64,000 bases of DNA from Amphiscolops sp. MND2022 (GCA_964187785.1 OZ076409.1:63862001-63926000); one strand, 5' to 3'; counted from the first letter of the stretch, positions 35,174-49,099 are shown. Made by a program: numbers and translations. Notes: generated from the letters alone by a model not told the origin.

Positions 35174-37658
35174 TGTTACGACATGTGTCAGGGTCGTTAT
35201 TTTGAGTAGAGTTGATCCGTACTATTTTCGTCGGGGTATAAAAATACGTTGCTTCATTTTCTGTTTCTTCTACGGTATTATACCTTACATTTTCTCCTGT
35301 TTCAGGTCTTAGAAGCTTCAACATTTCCTTCTGGGACTCCAGAAGAAGATTTTTGATCTCAGACGTAATCCCCTCCTTGGAAGAAGCTCTCAGACTCTCC
35401 AAGAAACTATTTTCTACCCTAAGAGATTATGGTCTCGACGGACCTGCCACGTCGGTATCTTGGTTCGAAGAACGAGAATTCTTTACATTTATTGGTGAAA
35501 TAAAACCTTCAATTACGTTGTCTTCAGCCTCTCGCAGAGTGTTCCTTCTCTTTTGACTCCTTGTTGTTGACATATTGATGAAGGAAACTTGTTTCTCAAA
35601 GAATTCAATTTTGTCTTTTCTGATTTTTGACAGAGTTGAGATTGAGATGAAGTTTAAGCAAGACAAGTTGAAACAACTGAATTATAGCGCTTGAAAAGGA
35701 CTGAGTCCCTTAGCAATAGCAATCCATCATATTTATACCCTCCTAGCATCGTTTGATCACGAATAAACCCCTAATTTTCCTCGAGCAATTAGTCACTTCT
35801 TGTATTATTGATGAAAAATGCATTTTGTTCCCGAAGTTGCGTCGACTTTTCGTCAAATTTTGAGACACGACGATTTTAATCTAGTATTAGTCATCAACTA
35901 TGATCATATCATTTCATTCCGGCGTCCTTTCGTTTACTCTCAAGCAGGAAGTAGATATTACTTCAGTCTGTCAAACCGGAATTATTTCCCTGTTTTACTG
36001 CTTTGGTTCGTAAGAAACTGACGCTGAGATGACGCTGACGTGAACAACTAATACCTGATTTTGAATTTTCACTTGAAGAAAATGCCATGACTAATGTTTT
36101 CATGCTAGGAAGGGATAATAGAAAGATTATAGAATCAGCAACATTTTCCAAAATAATTCCAAACTGAGTGATTATTAATTAACGGAATAAAAGCAACGGA
36201 ACATAGACGCTTGTTGAACTGGAACGCTGAATTATTTATATTAGAACTCTAATCTCGGTTATTGGTACTTCGACTGAAAGTGCTATTTAGCGACATAATG
36301 GCGTTAATTTAATATTTATACACTTTAACAATACACTGTCACCAGATATTACTTCACACATAAAGTAATATTCTTGAACGCAAAACAACTGACGACGTAA
36401 CGTCGACACTTTACAAATTATTCAAAGGAACAAAACTTTAAAACCTTTTAACATCCAACTTCAGTATTACAGAACATAGAGTAACAACGTGGGTCAATCG
36501 CTCAATCGGTCAATGACACAATACATATGAGCAATGCTCTTTGTCAATCTGATTTGACGCAAAAACTTTGAATAGGTAACTGCTTGATCCTGGAGTGAAC
36601 GACGACAAGCCATCGTCTGAATGAGCATTAAAGAATTACAACTTGTACATTAGGTAGTATAAAATACAAAAGCACAAACATGTAAAATTACGTTTCCAGT
36701 ACAAAAATACTTCCAATCTATTTTCATTATGATCATAAACTGTGACTTTCATTTATGTTACCTAGAAAACTTCATTTTTGGGGAAAATCTTGACGTTATT
36801 TAAATCAGTAACATCTTATCTGACGGACGGATGGCGCTGATTTCGAAATCTCATTACTTTCCTTGTTAAATTAGCATTGAATACAAACTCATTCCTTGTA
36901 CCAACTCACTATGATAGTGTTCAATTTATCATTCTGGTCGGACTAAGATAGCTTATTTCGATGGATTTTGGACGTAACGCGGACGTACATATTAGTATTA
37001 GACTTAGTCTACCGATATATTGGACGTAGCGTGGATGTAAATTTGGAATGAAATCTAGCTAGCTGCCATAGCTGTGACGTCATATCGTCGTCTGATTTGG
37101 AATACTTTCTAACTAGCTAACTAGTTAGTGACGGAGTGCTGACGTCACGATTATAGTAATACTTGAATGTGCCGCTAATACTGGTTTTTTTTAGCAACGA
37201 GATATTGTCCTATTTTACATTAATTGCTGTTCAAAATGCAATTAAGTTGTCTTTTCTTAGAAGAGACGTAAATATTTTGGCGTGCCATCTCAAAGTAATT
37301 TATGTTTTAGATCTGATTGATGTTCTTTCTCAGGGAAGATTTTGGATATGTTTTCATTTAGATCAGTCTATGATCCTTTATTCTAGGAGTGTTTTCAGGT
37401 GGAGAAAGTTCTTTTCTGAAGCGACAAATCGTCGTGCCGGAAATGCGTGAAATCATTTTGGCTTATTTTATTTCCTGCTCTCATTTTCATTCAAAATCTG
37501 CGCCAAACGGACGTACATTTGTGTTTCTAGTCACAGCCTATTAAGTTTTGAAGTTGGAATGTTAAGTTACCATCTCGGGAAGCGTAGATTGCATCCATGT
37601 CCCCTCCCGATTGCAATTCGCCTGCATGTACATCCCAAACCGGAAGCGGGTTGTGACA
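35174..37658 (-). repeat. 5' LTR
   Basis: TGTTACGAC...TTGTGACA, adjacent to the PBS. Confidence 0.95.
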
Positions 37659-37663
37659 CCTAC

Positions 37664-37900
37664 AGTAATGAGTTGACAAAAAAACTGACTTTCCCAAAAC
37701 TGAAATATCAAAGCCAGCTATGGAAGGCAGAATAAAGAGAAGTTTTCCAAAAACGAAAAAACTATAGATGCTAAACTCAAACATTACTTCTGGATACTAG
37801 GCCGAACACCCTGAAATTCAACCAATATTCAAAACTCTGAACAATGACACATTCAAGGACTACTTCAATAAAATTGGTCCCATTCTGTTGAAAGTGCGGC
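37664..37900 (+). pseudogene. LINE ORF2 remnant (endonuclease-RT linker)
   Basis: NNDTFKDYFNKIGPIL resembles the 'FN.FF..IG..LA' motif of CR1/L2/Jockey-group LINEs. Confidence 0.4.
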
Positions 37901-37995
37901 GACGAGAAAACTTAAAAAACTCACAGTGAGTACAAAGTCAGAGACAATGGTGTTGTATCGAACAACTATTGACGAAATCCGGTAATAGCAAATGA

Positions 37996-38485
37996 AAACA
38001 AGACGGGAACGTCTAAAGTCGGCGCTATATCTAAGGCTCAAAAAGCGCAAAACTTTTTTTTGAAAAAAACTTGAATTTTTTGAAATTTTTTCTTTCAGAA
38101 AATGTCGCATAGTGCCAAAAAATGTAAAAGGGGGGATCCTTTGGGCTTTATTAACATATATTCTGTTGCAAAATATCAAAAAACTCGAAAGAGGACTTTT
38201 TTGAGACATTAAAAAAGTTTCGAAAAAGTCACACAATGCCGAAAAAAATTGAAAGGTGGGACCCTTTAGTCTCGTCCGGTTTTGTAGGTTACGTTTAAAA
38301 AGTAAAAAATGAAAGGGGGCCCTTTTGCACTAGTTTCCGCTGACCGGACTTGGCCTTATGGTAGTAGTTTTAGTAGTTTTGATTGTATGAAAATTGGACC
38401 AATCAGAGTGAGATTGTAGTCTGACGAAAAAAAATTAGCCACTGTAAGAGTCGGGCACTTTTAACTAGAAAAGCGCCGACTAAAA
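37996..38485. mobile_element. Family A Helentron/DINE-1-like element
   Basis: AAACAAGACGGGAACGTCTAAAGTCGGCGC ... AGTCGGGCAC..AAAAGCGCCGACTAAA; subTIR AGTCGGCGC/GCGCCGACT. Confidence 0.75.
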
Positions 38486-38895
38486 AAAACGGAGCTCAAG
38501 TGACAACGCGTTGGATAATCCGATAATGAAATGTTGGTCACCAGTTAACGAATTTACTTAATTGATCTTTTGAACGAATGTTTTTAACACAATGACTGGG
38601 TACTTTTTTTCTATTTTTTTATCCGGCACTCAAACGCTAGCAAGTTCCTCAAGATACCGCTTTTGGTTGATGATACGTCCCAGTGGAGGTTTGTGGAGAA
38701 GCCAACACAAAAAACGACTGTTTGAAAAAAAGTAGTTCTGAAAAAAAATTACTATGCCGCGAAAGATTGAATCAATTTGCAAACAAATTCGTAAGCCGAA
38801 GAAAAACAAACGGAACTATCTACAAAAGCCTTGAAGCCTATACACATAATATATACATAAATACATATATGTATATATATATATATTATATATAC

Positions 38896-39660
38896 AACTG
38901 AAGGCCATGGTAGCAATTCAAGGTCCTCGTTTTTGAACCAGTCTGTCACAATACACGCCTTATGCGCTGGAGCCGATTCTTGTTGAAATAGCATGGTGTC
39001 TGGAAGGTCCATGTGTTGTTTGAGAATGTTAACACTCGAAAAAATTAGGTAACGTTCGACTGTAATAGTTGCGCCTTGTTGAAGTACCTCAAAGGCACCG
39101 GGTCCAGTAGCCAAAATGCAGCCACAAACCATCAATTTTGGCGGATGTGTGACTGTTTTTATCGTGAAATTGGGACTATATCGTTGCCTTGCCTTTCTCC
39201 GTATGTAGTTAGCACCGGAATTACGTACCTGCCGAAACGTAACGACCGATATATTTTTGTAGGCATTGCAGGAATCTAATTTTTTTTGACGTTGAACTTC
39301 TGTAGTAAGTGCTTTTTTGAGTGGTCTCTTTGCCGAAAGCCCAAAATCATCAACCGAGAGCCTTCTAACAGTTCTTGCGATGACTTGGATGCCCATCACC
39401 TGCAGTGGATGTGTAATGCGGTTGGATGGTAGACTTGAACTTGCCATCAATCGTTTCCTGCTTCAGTCTCAGATCATTTCGTGCCGACGTAATGCGCTTT
39501 CTGTCACATTTAGCACACGTGGGGGAGTTGCAGGAGTCAGGAGTATTGCTTCTATACCTTTTGATAAAATTTTGCACCACACAACTTGAAATTTCCAGTG
39601 TCTTTGCGATGGTTCTCTGTGGGTATCGCAAAGTCAATAATGCAATACTTTGACAACATG
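38896..39660 (-). pseudogene. Tc1/mariner transposase remnant
   Basis: HTH QRTIAKTLEISSCVVQNFIKRY; KTVTHPPKLMVCGCI, LFQQESAPAH and LELLPWP; truncated at a TA-rich tract (38850-38895). Confidence 0.9.
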
Positions 39661-39677
39661 TGTGTTCTTAGAGGTGA

Positions 39678-39877
39678 NNNNNNNNNNNNNNNNNNNNNNN
39701 NNNNNNNNNNNNNNNNNNNNNNNNNNNNNNNNNNNNNNNNNNNNNNNNNNNNNNNNNNNNNNNNNNNNNNNNNNNNNNNNNNNNNNNNNNNNNNNNNNNN
39801 NNNNNNNNNNNNNNNNNNNNNNNNNNNNNNNNNNNNNNNNNNNNNNNNNNNNNNNNNNNNNNNNNNNNNNNNNNNNN
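39678..39877. other. Assembly gap (200 N)
   Basis: Run of N. Confidence 1.
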
Positions 39878-40780
39878 AATCTGCTCACTTTCACGATCTT
39901 AGATGATCATTTTCTCGATTTTTCTAGAACAACTCCTCAAAATGATGAATTTAAAACTATTCATTATAGTCGCTAGTAAAGCTGAAACCCCATTTTTTTC
40001 AATGTTGTTCTAACGCTTCACACCTCTATTCATGGAAGTACTCGCACTCTTGTCATTCTAATTGCAGTTGCAGATTTCAAAAAAAATATTCTTGGTAATC
40101 CTTTGTTTGAAAAAGATGTAAAATCTCTTGATATTGAAGATATGTCTCTTACTTTTAATACTCCTCATGAATCTCGTGTGAACACTCTTCCTTTTAGAGC
40201 TCATAAAAAGATTATCCTTACTTCTCTTAGATCTATACCATTAAAGTTAAATTTAAAACATATTTTAAACCGAACGCCTCTCAAGTCATTCACTTCCCAT
40301 TTCAACCTACCCTTCCCTTATCTTTTCATACCTCTGAAAATGAAATCATATTTCCATCAACCCCACATCCATATTTTGTTACTCGCTTCAACTCCACCTT
40401 TAATTCATTTTAAAATTTTCTTTAAACTTCCACCTTTAAGTTTATCAAAGTAGTAAAACCGAACCCAACAGTTGTTCTGTTAAATTTCAAAAAACTACTC
40501 ACCACTCAGCGATCGTATCACCAGGATACATTGGTTATATTGAAGTCTCTGCAAATAATATTAAACCACCACAATACAAAGTTAATGACGTCAATTCCTT
40601 GATACACACCATTTTTCATACATACTACCCTAATCTTTCCGAACCGAAACCTCCTGTTCGTTTTTCTTCCCTTAAACGATCTAATGTTGAAATTAATAAT
40701 ATGCAGCCTCTCAAATTTTAAATCGTCCTCTTCCATACTCCTATTAACGAGGCGCCTGCTAAACAACGGATAATTTTCGC
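39878..40780 (+). pseudogene. Gypsy-like pol fragment (protease C-terminus to pre-RT region)
   Basis: NILGNPLFEK (protease ILG motif) and GYIGYIEV..KVNDVNSLIHTIFHTYYP fragments, with stops. Confidence 0.45.
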
Positions 40781-40796
40781 TAAAAATGTAACGCAT

Positions 40797-40858
40797 CACC
40801 ACGGGTTCGAACCCACTTCATCGTGTCTGCCATGTAGACTCACTACCAACTGAACCAA
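40797..40858 (-). repeat. tRNA-derived segment (A and B boxes), SINE-like
   Basis: TGGTTCAGTTGG ... GGGTTCGAACCC; no complete cloverleaf. Confidence 0.55.
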
Positions 40859-42342
40859 AGTAACTAATATAGGTACTAAATCAAGTTGATGGTGATCGTG
40901 GAGATTTGGCAAAATAAGTTCGAAAAACGCAACACAGAATATGATTTTCCTCCCACATTCACAAAAAAGTTGTGGGGCAGAAAATGATAATTGAAAAACA
41001 AGCCAGGAATGTCATAAATCGCCACTATACGCGAGGCTCAAAAATAGCACAAGGACATCGAAGGGTCAAGTACTTTTTTACAGTATCCAAAAAATTTAAA
41101 CGTTGGACTGAACTGGCGCGGTAAAAAGGGCATTTGGGACTTTTTCACCTCCAGTTTGTTGCAAAATATTTTAAAAATGATGGAGGGACTCTTGGAGACA
41201 TTAAAAATCTTCAGAATAAAAAATCTTCAGAAAAATCTTCAAAATAAAAAACCTTCAGTTCAGTTCCTTGTGCCAAATATTCCAATTTGACACCCTAAAA
41301 TTTCGTAGAACTTTGAAGAGCTATTTTGGTCAGTTCGTGTGGATTTAAAAAAATGACTTGTATAGTCGCGTTTCATTTCATAAAGCCCCGATTAATAAGG
41401 GTAATGATGAATTGACGATCAAATATGCAAAAAGTCTTAATGAAAATTGAATAGTTCGAGTCATAACAACTTGTTGGTAGAGGCACTGACCTCGCTCTTC
41501 ATAAATTCAGATGCTTTCTATCCTTACCCATCCGTGTACGCGAAGGAAATTTTGTCACATATGATGACTCGCTCTTTGTTTTGCAGCAATTTTAGATGAA
41601 ACAATCCTTGATCAGGTGCTCATTACAAAATAAATGTCTCAAAACTCAGGAGAAAGAAGGCAAGGATATAATTTTTGTAGGGTTGCTCACAACCATATAT
41701 CGTAATAAAGGCTTCTATAAATAGGATATAGATACAGCTGGTTGCTTCAGATGGTACATATAAAAAATGAGCCTTTTAATATTAGATGAGTTATATTTTC
41801 ATCATGCTGGCATAAAAAAATTGACCCAATTACAGCAACGGTCCCCAAGTACATGTTTTGTTTCTTGCATTGCATTAAACATTATAATTGGTTTCATAAT
41901 CTGAACAAACGTGATAAGTTACTCAACTGACCAAATACAGACTCTTAATGATGATCAACATTTTCTGATGGCGTCGATAACTGGGAGACTTTTTTTACAG
42001 CTGCGGCAGCAATAAAAACACTGGCTGTGCAGAGAAATTTATCCGCTATCGCCATTTAAAGTGTGTTCTAAGTGGGAATCAGATAGACGGCATTTTTCGG
42101 CAGGAACAAGTTATTAAGATCAGCAGATACAACCCTCTATAACGTTAAGTAGGTTCCATACTGTTATTTATGAATTGGTGTCCTGATTGTAAAGAATGAT
42201 TTGGACTGAGTAAAAACTAGCTCGAAACCTGAGTTGGTATGGATGTAATCAAAAATTGCTTGAGAAAACATCATTCAAAGCACTTTATATTCAGTTTTTA
42301 AACCAGTTTTGTAGCTTGCTGGCATCACTGACTACATATTTT

Positions 42343-42838
42343 TATTCGGCGCCTTTTCCCTTAAGGAAAAAAGCCCGACTATTGCAGTGAGTAGTTTTTT
42401 TTCAGTTGACAATCTCGCTCTGAGTGGTCCACTTTTTTTACAATCTTTTGTTCATTTGTTCAACTAATTTTCTGAGGAGCAAGAGATCGTGGATTCGATT
42501 CTCGCACTAAACCACAAATTTTTTTACGCTTCCAAAAGTAGAGGCGAGATCAAAGGGTCCCCCCTTTGGGTTTTCTTTTCGGCATCATGCGACTTTTTTT
42601 CGAAAATTTTTGAATTCTACCAAAAGGTACCCCCTTGCATTGTTTTTGAAGTTTTTCGTTTGTAAAAACATTTAATGAGCCTAAATGTCCTCTTTTTGAG
42701 TTTTTCGGCATTATGCGGCTTTAAAGAAAAACACTTTTTTTGAAAAAATTTAATTCTTTCCAAATGTTTCCAATAGTTGTTCCTTGAACATTTTTGAGCC
42801 TTAGATATGGCGCCGACTTGGGACGTTCCCGTCTTGTT
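42343..42838. mobile_element. Family A element (inverted copy)
   Basis: Ends GGCGCCGACTTGGGACGTTCCCGTCTTGTT. Confidence 0.75.
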
Positions 42839-42999
42839 ACCACTAATTCCCGATTTGCAAAGTGTTTGCAAACTTAGGTTCCCTCAGACCCAGTGTTGAA
42901 ATTTTGTACTCTTGACAGACTAGTTGCTTTAAATATCGCAACACCATTGCTCGAATAGCAAGGTTCAATTTCATCTACCTTGCAAACTGTCACAGAAAA

Positions 43000-45130
43000 C
43001 AAATGCCCAGGCCCAACAATAAAATGTCCTCTTGGATGTAGCCCCAAAAAGACAAAAGTTCAATTAACTTAAAAATGACGGGCGGCGGAGTAATGCTTAT
43101 TGTACTTTTGAAACAAACTCCCAGCTCAAGGTGGACTTAAACTTCTACGATGAACCAATTTTTGAAATACTATGGGTAAAAATCGCTGTGATCTTTCGAC
43201 ACTAAAATAATTTCGAAGTTAACTTACAATCTCTTGGAAAAAACGATATGACTTACTGGAACAATAAATAATCAACCATGATAATGTCTCTTGTGAATCT
43301 TACATGAGAACAACGCTTATGAGGGACTATAACTTGAATTAAGTCATTCCGCTGGATACGATAGTGATGCCGTATGGTTTTTTTACAGGCCATACACTGT
43401 CGAAGCTTATCAACACATGAATGCAAGTGTCCTCTTGACACAAAAAAACCATATTGAATTCAAAATACCTGAAAAAATTGCAGATGAGAAAGGTCTTGTT
43501 TTTGAAATTCCCTTCAAAACTGATCTTTTCGGGTTGTGTTCTGTTCAAAGATGTAAGTGCTGGTAAACATAATAGCATGAAACTATCGCGTTGACAACCA
43601 AAATAGCTAAAGGATTCAACGGTGAAAAATCTATCAAGACTGAAGTGCAAATGATGTTTTCATAGAGTCTGTTCATCAGCTATCAAGTGCCGTGGAAAAG
43701 CATGCTCTTTTCAGAAAGTATTTTTTGAAAAACTGAAACTATTGAAAGCGGCTTGGTTTTACAAAGAATAAAAAACTACGTGGACGGCAAATGGCCGATG
43801 AAAAAACTCCAGAAACTCATCATTGTTTAGCAGAAAGTATGGAAGAATTCTGTTTCTCAAGGCTCGGGATCCTTAAGACATTGTGGAACAAAAACATGAC
43901 TGCTTACGCAGAGAGACGAGGGATTCTCACACCGTGTCAGCTTGGTTTTCGATCGTATTTTCCTGCGCAAGATGCTAATTCGTGTTCTTTTGAATCAATG
44001 CCACGTGAAATTGAAAATAGAATAGTCCACGCTGCCCAAGTGATCCATAAAAAAATTGACTCGCTATCACATTTTATCCTTACGAAGAACTGCATTACCT
44101 AAAAAATTCACCTTATAGAAAATACCAGTAGAAAATTTCGAACAAGTCGATTGCACAAGTTTCAGTAAAAGGTGTTGCAAATGAACAAAATCAACTGGTA
44201 CTAGGTGATCCTCTAGCAACCGTCATAGTACCGTTGTTTTTCAACATGTATGTGAATTATTTTCAAGAAGAAACAAGTGAAACTGCTCACATTTTACAGT
44301 ATGCAAACGATTGTATACTTCCTAGTAAAAAGACAAAATCTGAGATTGATCTTGCAGTGTTACAAGACAATATGTATAAGTTAGAAAACAACTTTCGACT
44401 GAATAAATGTAGCTTGAATTAGATTGAAACAATCTTTACTTTCTTCTTCAAAATGCCATTAACGCCACAACAAATTAGAGTCAGTTACTGTAGGCACCGC
44501 CTTAGTGAAGAAATCAAACTTAGAGGATTCCATTTAAAAACACCTCGGACTCCAAACAAGTTTGAAATATGCTGAAATATGGCCGTTCGTATAAAAACTG
44601 TTGAAAATATTCGGTATCGGTAGCCGACAGGAGTGCTGCTTATGAGTTACAAGCATTTGTGATGAGTCTTATGTACTTTTTCTTCAAAGTTAGTTCTTCT
44701 TTATTGCTCTCACTAGATTAGAATTGGGCTCTGAAAAAGTGTGGTTGGAATACCAAGACATCGTAGAAATTGAGAATAAAACAAAGGTACAGTTAGTATA
44801 TGACTCTTGATTGTGTTCAAATACCTGATCTACTTTTTTTCAGTAAATTATGATAAGAAAAATTCTTTTAAAACTATTTGAAAGTGGTTACAGCAACATC
44901 TCAATGCAATTCCGGTACGATCCAAGTTATCTGATTGGGTATTTTTGATGTTTCTATTTTGTTTTTTTTTCACCGTAATCCAATAATGTGGAACTCACTG
45001 CCGCTACATTGCGAGGTCCAAGTGTGACTTCGCAGTTATTCAAAAGTTGATTGAAAATTCATCTGGAAACGTAGTCAAATGCTATTCCGATCCAACCAGC
45101 TGGTTCATGGCGAAATTTCAGCATCAAATA
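43000..45130 (+). pseudogene. Decayed LINE (endonuclease/RT) remnant
   Basis: GGGVMLI, CQLGFR, GDPLATVIVPLFFNMYVN (degenerate GVPQG..LF motif) and QYANDC (YADD). Confidence 0.75.
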
Positions 45131-45694
45131 AACCTCATCCTTTGTTGATTTCTCCGTTATATTCGATAAAACTAAGTTTGCCTTTGCATGAATTATTTAC
45201 AATTTCCGTAAGACAAGCGTCAGTTTTACCTATGCAAAAATGTTTTCTCTCTCTTTAGGAATCTTTCTCCGAATACAGTTCGTGAAAAATTCAATAACAT
45301 TTTTATAGACTAGTAAAATTCTCCCTTTGTAGCTGAAAAAGTTTTGTACATGTGACAAATATTTTGATTTGAATTTTGTCTTTTTAGGCAAAAAAGGGGT
45401 GATATTTTGAATGCTACTCTACTCCAATTTACTAATGACGATCACTTTTTGTTTTCAGAAAAAATATACTTTTTCCTGGGCTCTATCAAAAATGAATTTC
45501 ATGCTCTATCGAATACATGGCATGCAAATTTTTAATCTCTAGAATGTCCTGTTTAAGGTTTCGTTTCAAAATCTTAGTGATACTTTTGCTGAAAACGCGT
45601 GAAGATTCAAAACAAGATACTTTTGAACGTTTTCGAACTTTGAACTTAGCGTACAAGCAAAAATAGTAGTTAAATGCATAATTTCTGATTTTAT

Positions 45695-47678
45695 TTTCCG
45701 CCAATATTTCATATGGGAAAGGAAAATACATAAATCACCTTTTTTTCAATACAAATTTTGCCAAGCACCAAATTTATATTTACCTTTGAGGATGTTACCC
45801 ACAGAATTCAACTCACATAAATTTAGCTTCCTGCGATTTGTATTTGCAGAGATTTCCGTACTTTTTTTAGTTGACCCAAAGAACCCCAGAATGACACAAA
45901 AATAACCCAAAAATGACCCCAAAAAAAAGTTTGCAAAAATTTCCAATTTTTTATGTTTCAATGCAATTTTAGTCAATTTTACTAAAAATGTTGTGGACAA
46001 GAATGTTTAAAACGTTCAACAAGACAAGAGTTCGTTTCTCAGTAGTCGTTTATGAAGAGATAAATGTGGTTTTTTTGGGAAGAATTAGACCCAAAAATGA
46101 CAAAAAACCAAAAATTTCCCAATTTCTAACGTTTTAATGCATTTTTTGTCAAATTTTCAATAGACTCCGTGGATTAAAATGTTGAAAACGCCCGATATGG
46201 CACTAGAGCGTTGTCCAGTGGGCTTTTTCGAAGAGATGAATGCTACTTTCTAAATGAAAAAATCTCAAATTTACACTCAAATGACAAAAATCCCAAAATG
46301 TTCCAATTTTCAATGATTTTATGTATTTTTCCCAAATTTTCGACGGACTTTGTGGTTTGGAACATTGAAAAGCGTCAACAAGGAAAGAATGTGTTGTCAA
46401 GTAGGCTTTTACGAAGAGTTTATTGTGGTTTTCTCAGTGAAAATGTCTCAAATTGACACCGAAAATGACAAAAAACCTTACATTTTCCAATTTTCAAGGT
46501 TTTTATTCATTTTTGTTGAAGTTTCGACAGATTTCGTGGATTGGAATATTTCAAACGGTCAAGAATAAGAACGTTGGTACGTCCAGTAGTCTTTAATGAA
46601 GAGATAAATGCAATGTTCTGAATGAAAATGTCTGAAAATTGAAAAATTTGGGATTTTTGTCATTTTCGGTGTCAATTTGAAAGATTTCAAGCATTTTTTC
46701 AAATTTTCGAGAGACTTCGTCAATTGGAACGTTGAAAATGGTCAACAAGGAAACAATCTATGATGGCGAAGCGAGCTTCAGCTCGCAAAACTCTTTTTCT
46801 CAAGCCGAAATCTGCTAGAAAAGCAAGGGGTACGCTTTGACAAAATGAAAGTTTCGGAAAAACGCAGAGTCGAAACCAGAGCCGCATTTGCGGTAAAGGA
46901 ATCGGCTTAGGTCTTTTCCCTTCTGACTCGCTCGAATCCCAGTCATACAAATTCATTGAAATTGCACATGTAGGACCATATAATGGTGTAGAAAATGACT
47001 AGAAAATTTCGAATCGTATGGAGTTTTTGAGAAAATCGAAAAAAGTCGAAAAATGGCTGTTTGGCCATTTTTGGGTTAATTTTGGCTGTTTTTCACATTC
47101 TAGTCATACGACTTTGATGCCTTTGCCCATGCAGGGCCCCTTTGGGTGTAGAATGACTGCAAAGTTTTATGAAAAGCGTATGGACAGATTTTGAGAACTT
47201 TGAAATTTTCATGAAAAGGTCGGTAGAAAAAAAACGACAGGATTGCATAGGTAGTCGAAAAGTTCCGACTCCTAAAAACCGAAAGGAGTTAAATTCTACA
47301 ATCAATAAGAAACCTCGTCAGATCCAGGTGATCAAAATAACTAAGAAGTCACCCTCGAGACTCGGGAAACTTATTTCATTTACAGAAAACCTCAAAAACA
47401 AAATTGCGAAAAATGTTTTTCGAAATTTATTTCAAAATATTTATTGAATTTTTTCTCTTCTCTGGGTAAGTCGCATAGTGCGGAAAAAAACGAAAGTGGC
47501 CAGCTATCGCAGAAATAAATTAGCGGTTTCCTTTAAAATAGACTACGATGAATCAAAGCTTTTTCTTCGAACTTCTTTGCGTTTTTATAGTGCATTGGCT
47601 ATTCTTGAGCCTCAAATTTATGTAGTTGTAGAACAGTTTGGGGCGGAAAATATCTCGCTGCTCAGCGGGCGTTTTGTT
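45695..47678. mobile_element. Family C element (inverted relative to 16205-19330), containing a nested family B copy
   Basis: Homologous termini TTTCCGCC... and GGGCGGAAAATATCTCGCTGCTCAGCGGG. Confidence 0.7.
46873..47275. mobile_element. Family B Helentron-like element nested in family C
   Basis: AAACCAGAG-CCGCATTTGCGG ... CCGACTCCTAAA. The equivalent site at ~16580 is an empty T/A run. Confidence 0.75.
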
Positions 47679-49099
47679 GTATATTATTTTCAGTCCATAT
47701 TTCATATGGGAAAGGAAAATATTTATTGTATGTTTATCTCAGAATTATCAAACAAATTGTTTGCATTAACCATTAAAAATCAAACTTTGTTCTACAGATT
47801 TTGAAAATATTTCCTTCAGATTTCGGTCTTTTATTCGAGTCCTCTTTTATTCAAAAATCACATTTCACAATCACGGATCCAATTCATTTATTCCAGTACT
47901 GTACTTTAAAGTGTTTGAGCGCATTTCCCAGACAACGTTTTTCCCCGACCGCATGAAGTGTCAAAACCGCTGTAGATAAGTATGTTAGTAGTCGGTGATG
48001 TCGAAATTTCGTTCGTGCAAAAAGTTTCAAGAATAAAAGTACTCTTTGTGTACCTGGCGGGAATACAGAACATCGTACCATTTCCCTTTATCATTAATGT
48101 CGTTGGCTTTTCGAAGAATTGCCTAATTCTTAACGCCTATCTTGGTGAAATGGTTTTCCTGATTTTTGCAGTTGATGCCAGAAGTATCTTCTACCGTCTC
48201 AGTACTTTAATTAACGTCATACTGATTCTTTCAATTTCCAGTCACGTAACCCGGAGATCCGACCACGGAGTGGATTACATACAAAAGAAAGAATGCATTC
48301 AGGATGCTAGAAAATGGACTTGGAGTTTATTGATCCATTAGGATGAGGAAACATTCCCGACCATTTCTCACAAGCATAGCAATGACCTAGGGATAATCAC
48401 TTTTCATACGGCAAAATAGAATGTTATGTTTGAAAGCAGTAGTTATATACGGTTACTTGAGAATACTATTCGATATAAGTAACCTTTCATCTAATTCACA
48501 ATGGCAACTTATTTGAATTCTAGACATGGAAAAACTTTCCGTGCAATGCCGCTTCATTTCTACACTGAAACATCAATTATCCGCAACCTCTTTTCACCGC
48601 CACGGAAACAGTGACACGCTTTTCTTGTTCAGGTCTAACGCGTCTTGTTTGAACAATCCGCTTCATTTGGCGGAAAATGTCAAGGCTATTGCTTGAATGA
48701 AAATCAAATAATTCCCTAAAAATTTCCAACGAATATTCTGAGTTTGCTTACTAGGTATCGAAGTCATAAAAACATCAAAATTAGGTATACTTCAATAAAA
48801 AGCTTACTATATTTGACTTTCCGCCTGATAAAGTTGATAGGTAACTTCATTTGTTCAAACCAGGTGCAAAGTCTTCAACAGTTTCATTAAACGTGAACAA
48901 ATCCACAAACCCAACTTGTTCAACAAGATCAAATTCAAATGATACTTTGGTAAGAAAACATTAATCTGTTTACTTGTACGGAGAATGTTATTTTTCGCGA
49001 TATTTTTCAAACTGCAATCAGTGACTCAAATATTTGACTTTTTGATTGCAAACGTTGCTGCTATTTAATATCGAATTTAGTTCAATTAGTTCAGATTGA

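Larger units (their letters stand above)
33693..35573 (-). pseudogene. gag: gag (starts in the LTR; capsid-like region and two zinc knuckles), disrupted
   Basis: LPTFDGK, CFHCNKVGHYKAEC and, after removing the MITE, CDTCGKPHETEDC. It has frameshifts and a stop at 35427-35429. Confidence 0.9.
20987..37658 (-). mobile_element. Full-length Ty3/Gypsy LTR retrotransposon with accessory cassette (16.7 kb)
   Basis: Two ~2.49-kb direct repeats with TG..CA termini (left copy TT), 5-bp TSD CCTAC (20982-20986 and 37659-37663), PBS, gag, and PR-RT-RH-IN domain order. Confidence 0.97.

Noticed and set aside
39586..39976. ORFs spanning the N-run
   Set aside because: Artefacts of the assembly gap; adjacency across the gap is uncertain.
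40797..40858. Functional tRNA genes here, at 50276 and at 55437
   Set aside because: A and B boxes are present, but I could not build convincing acceptor and anticodon stems.
47880..48900. Possible minus-strand LINE remnant
   Set aside because: No unambiguous motif was recoverable by eye.
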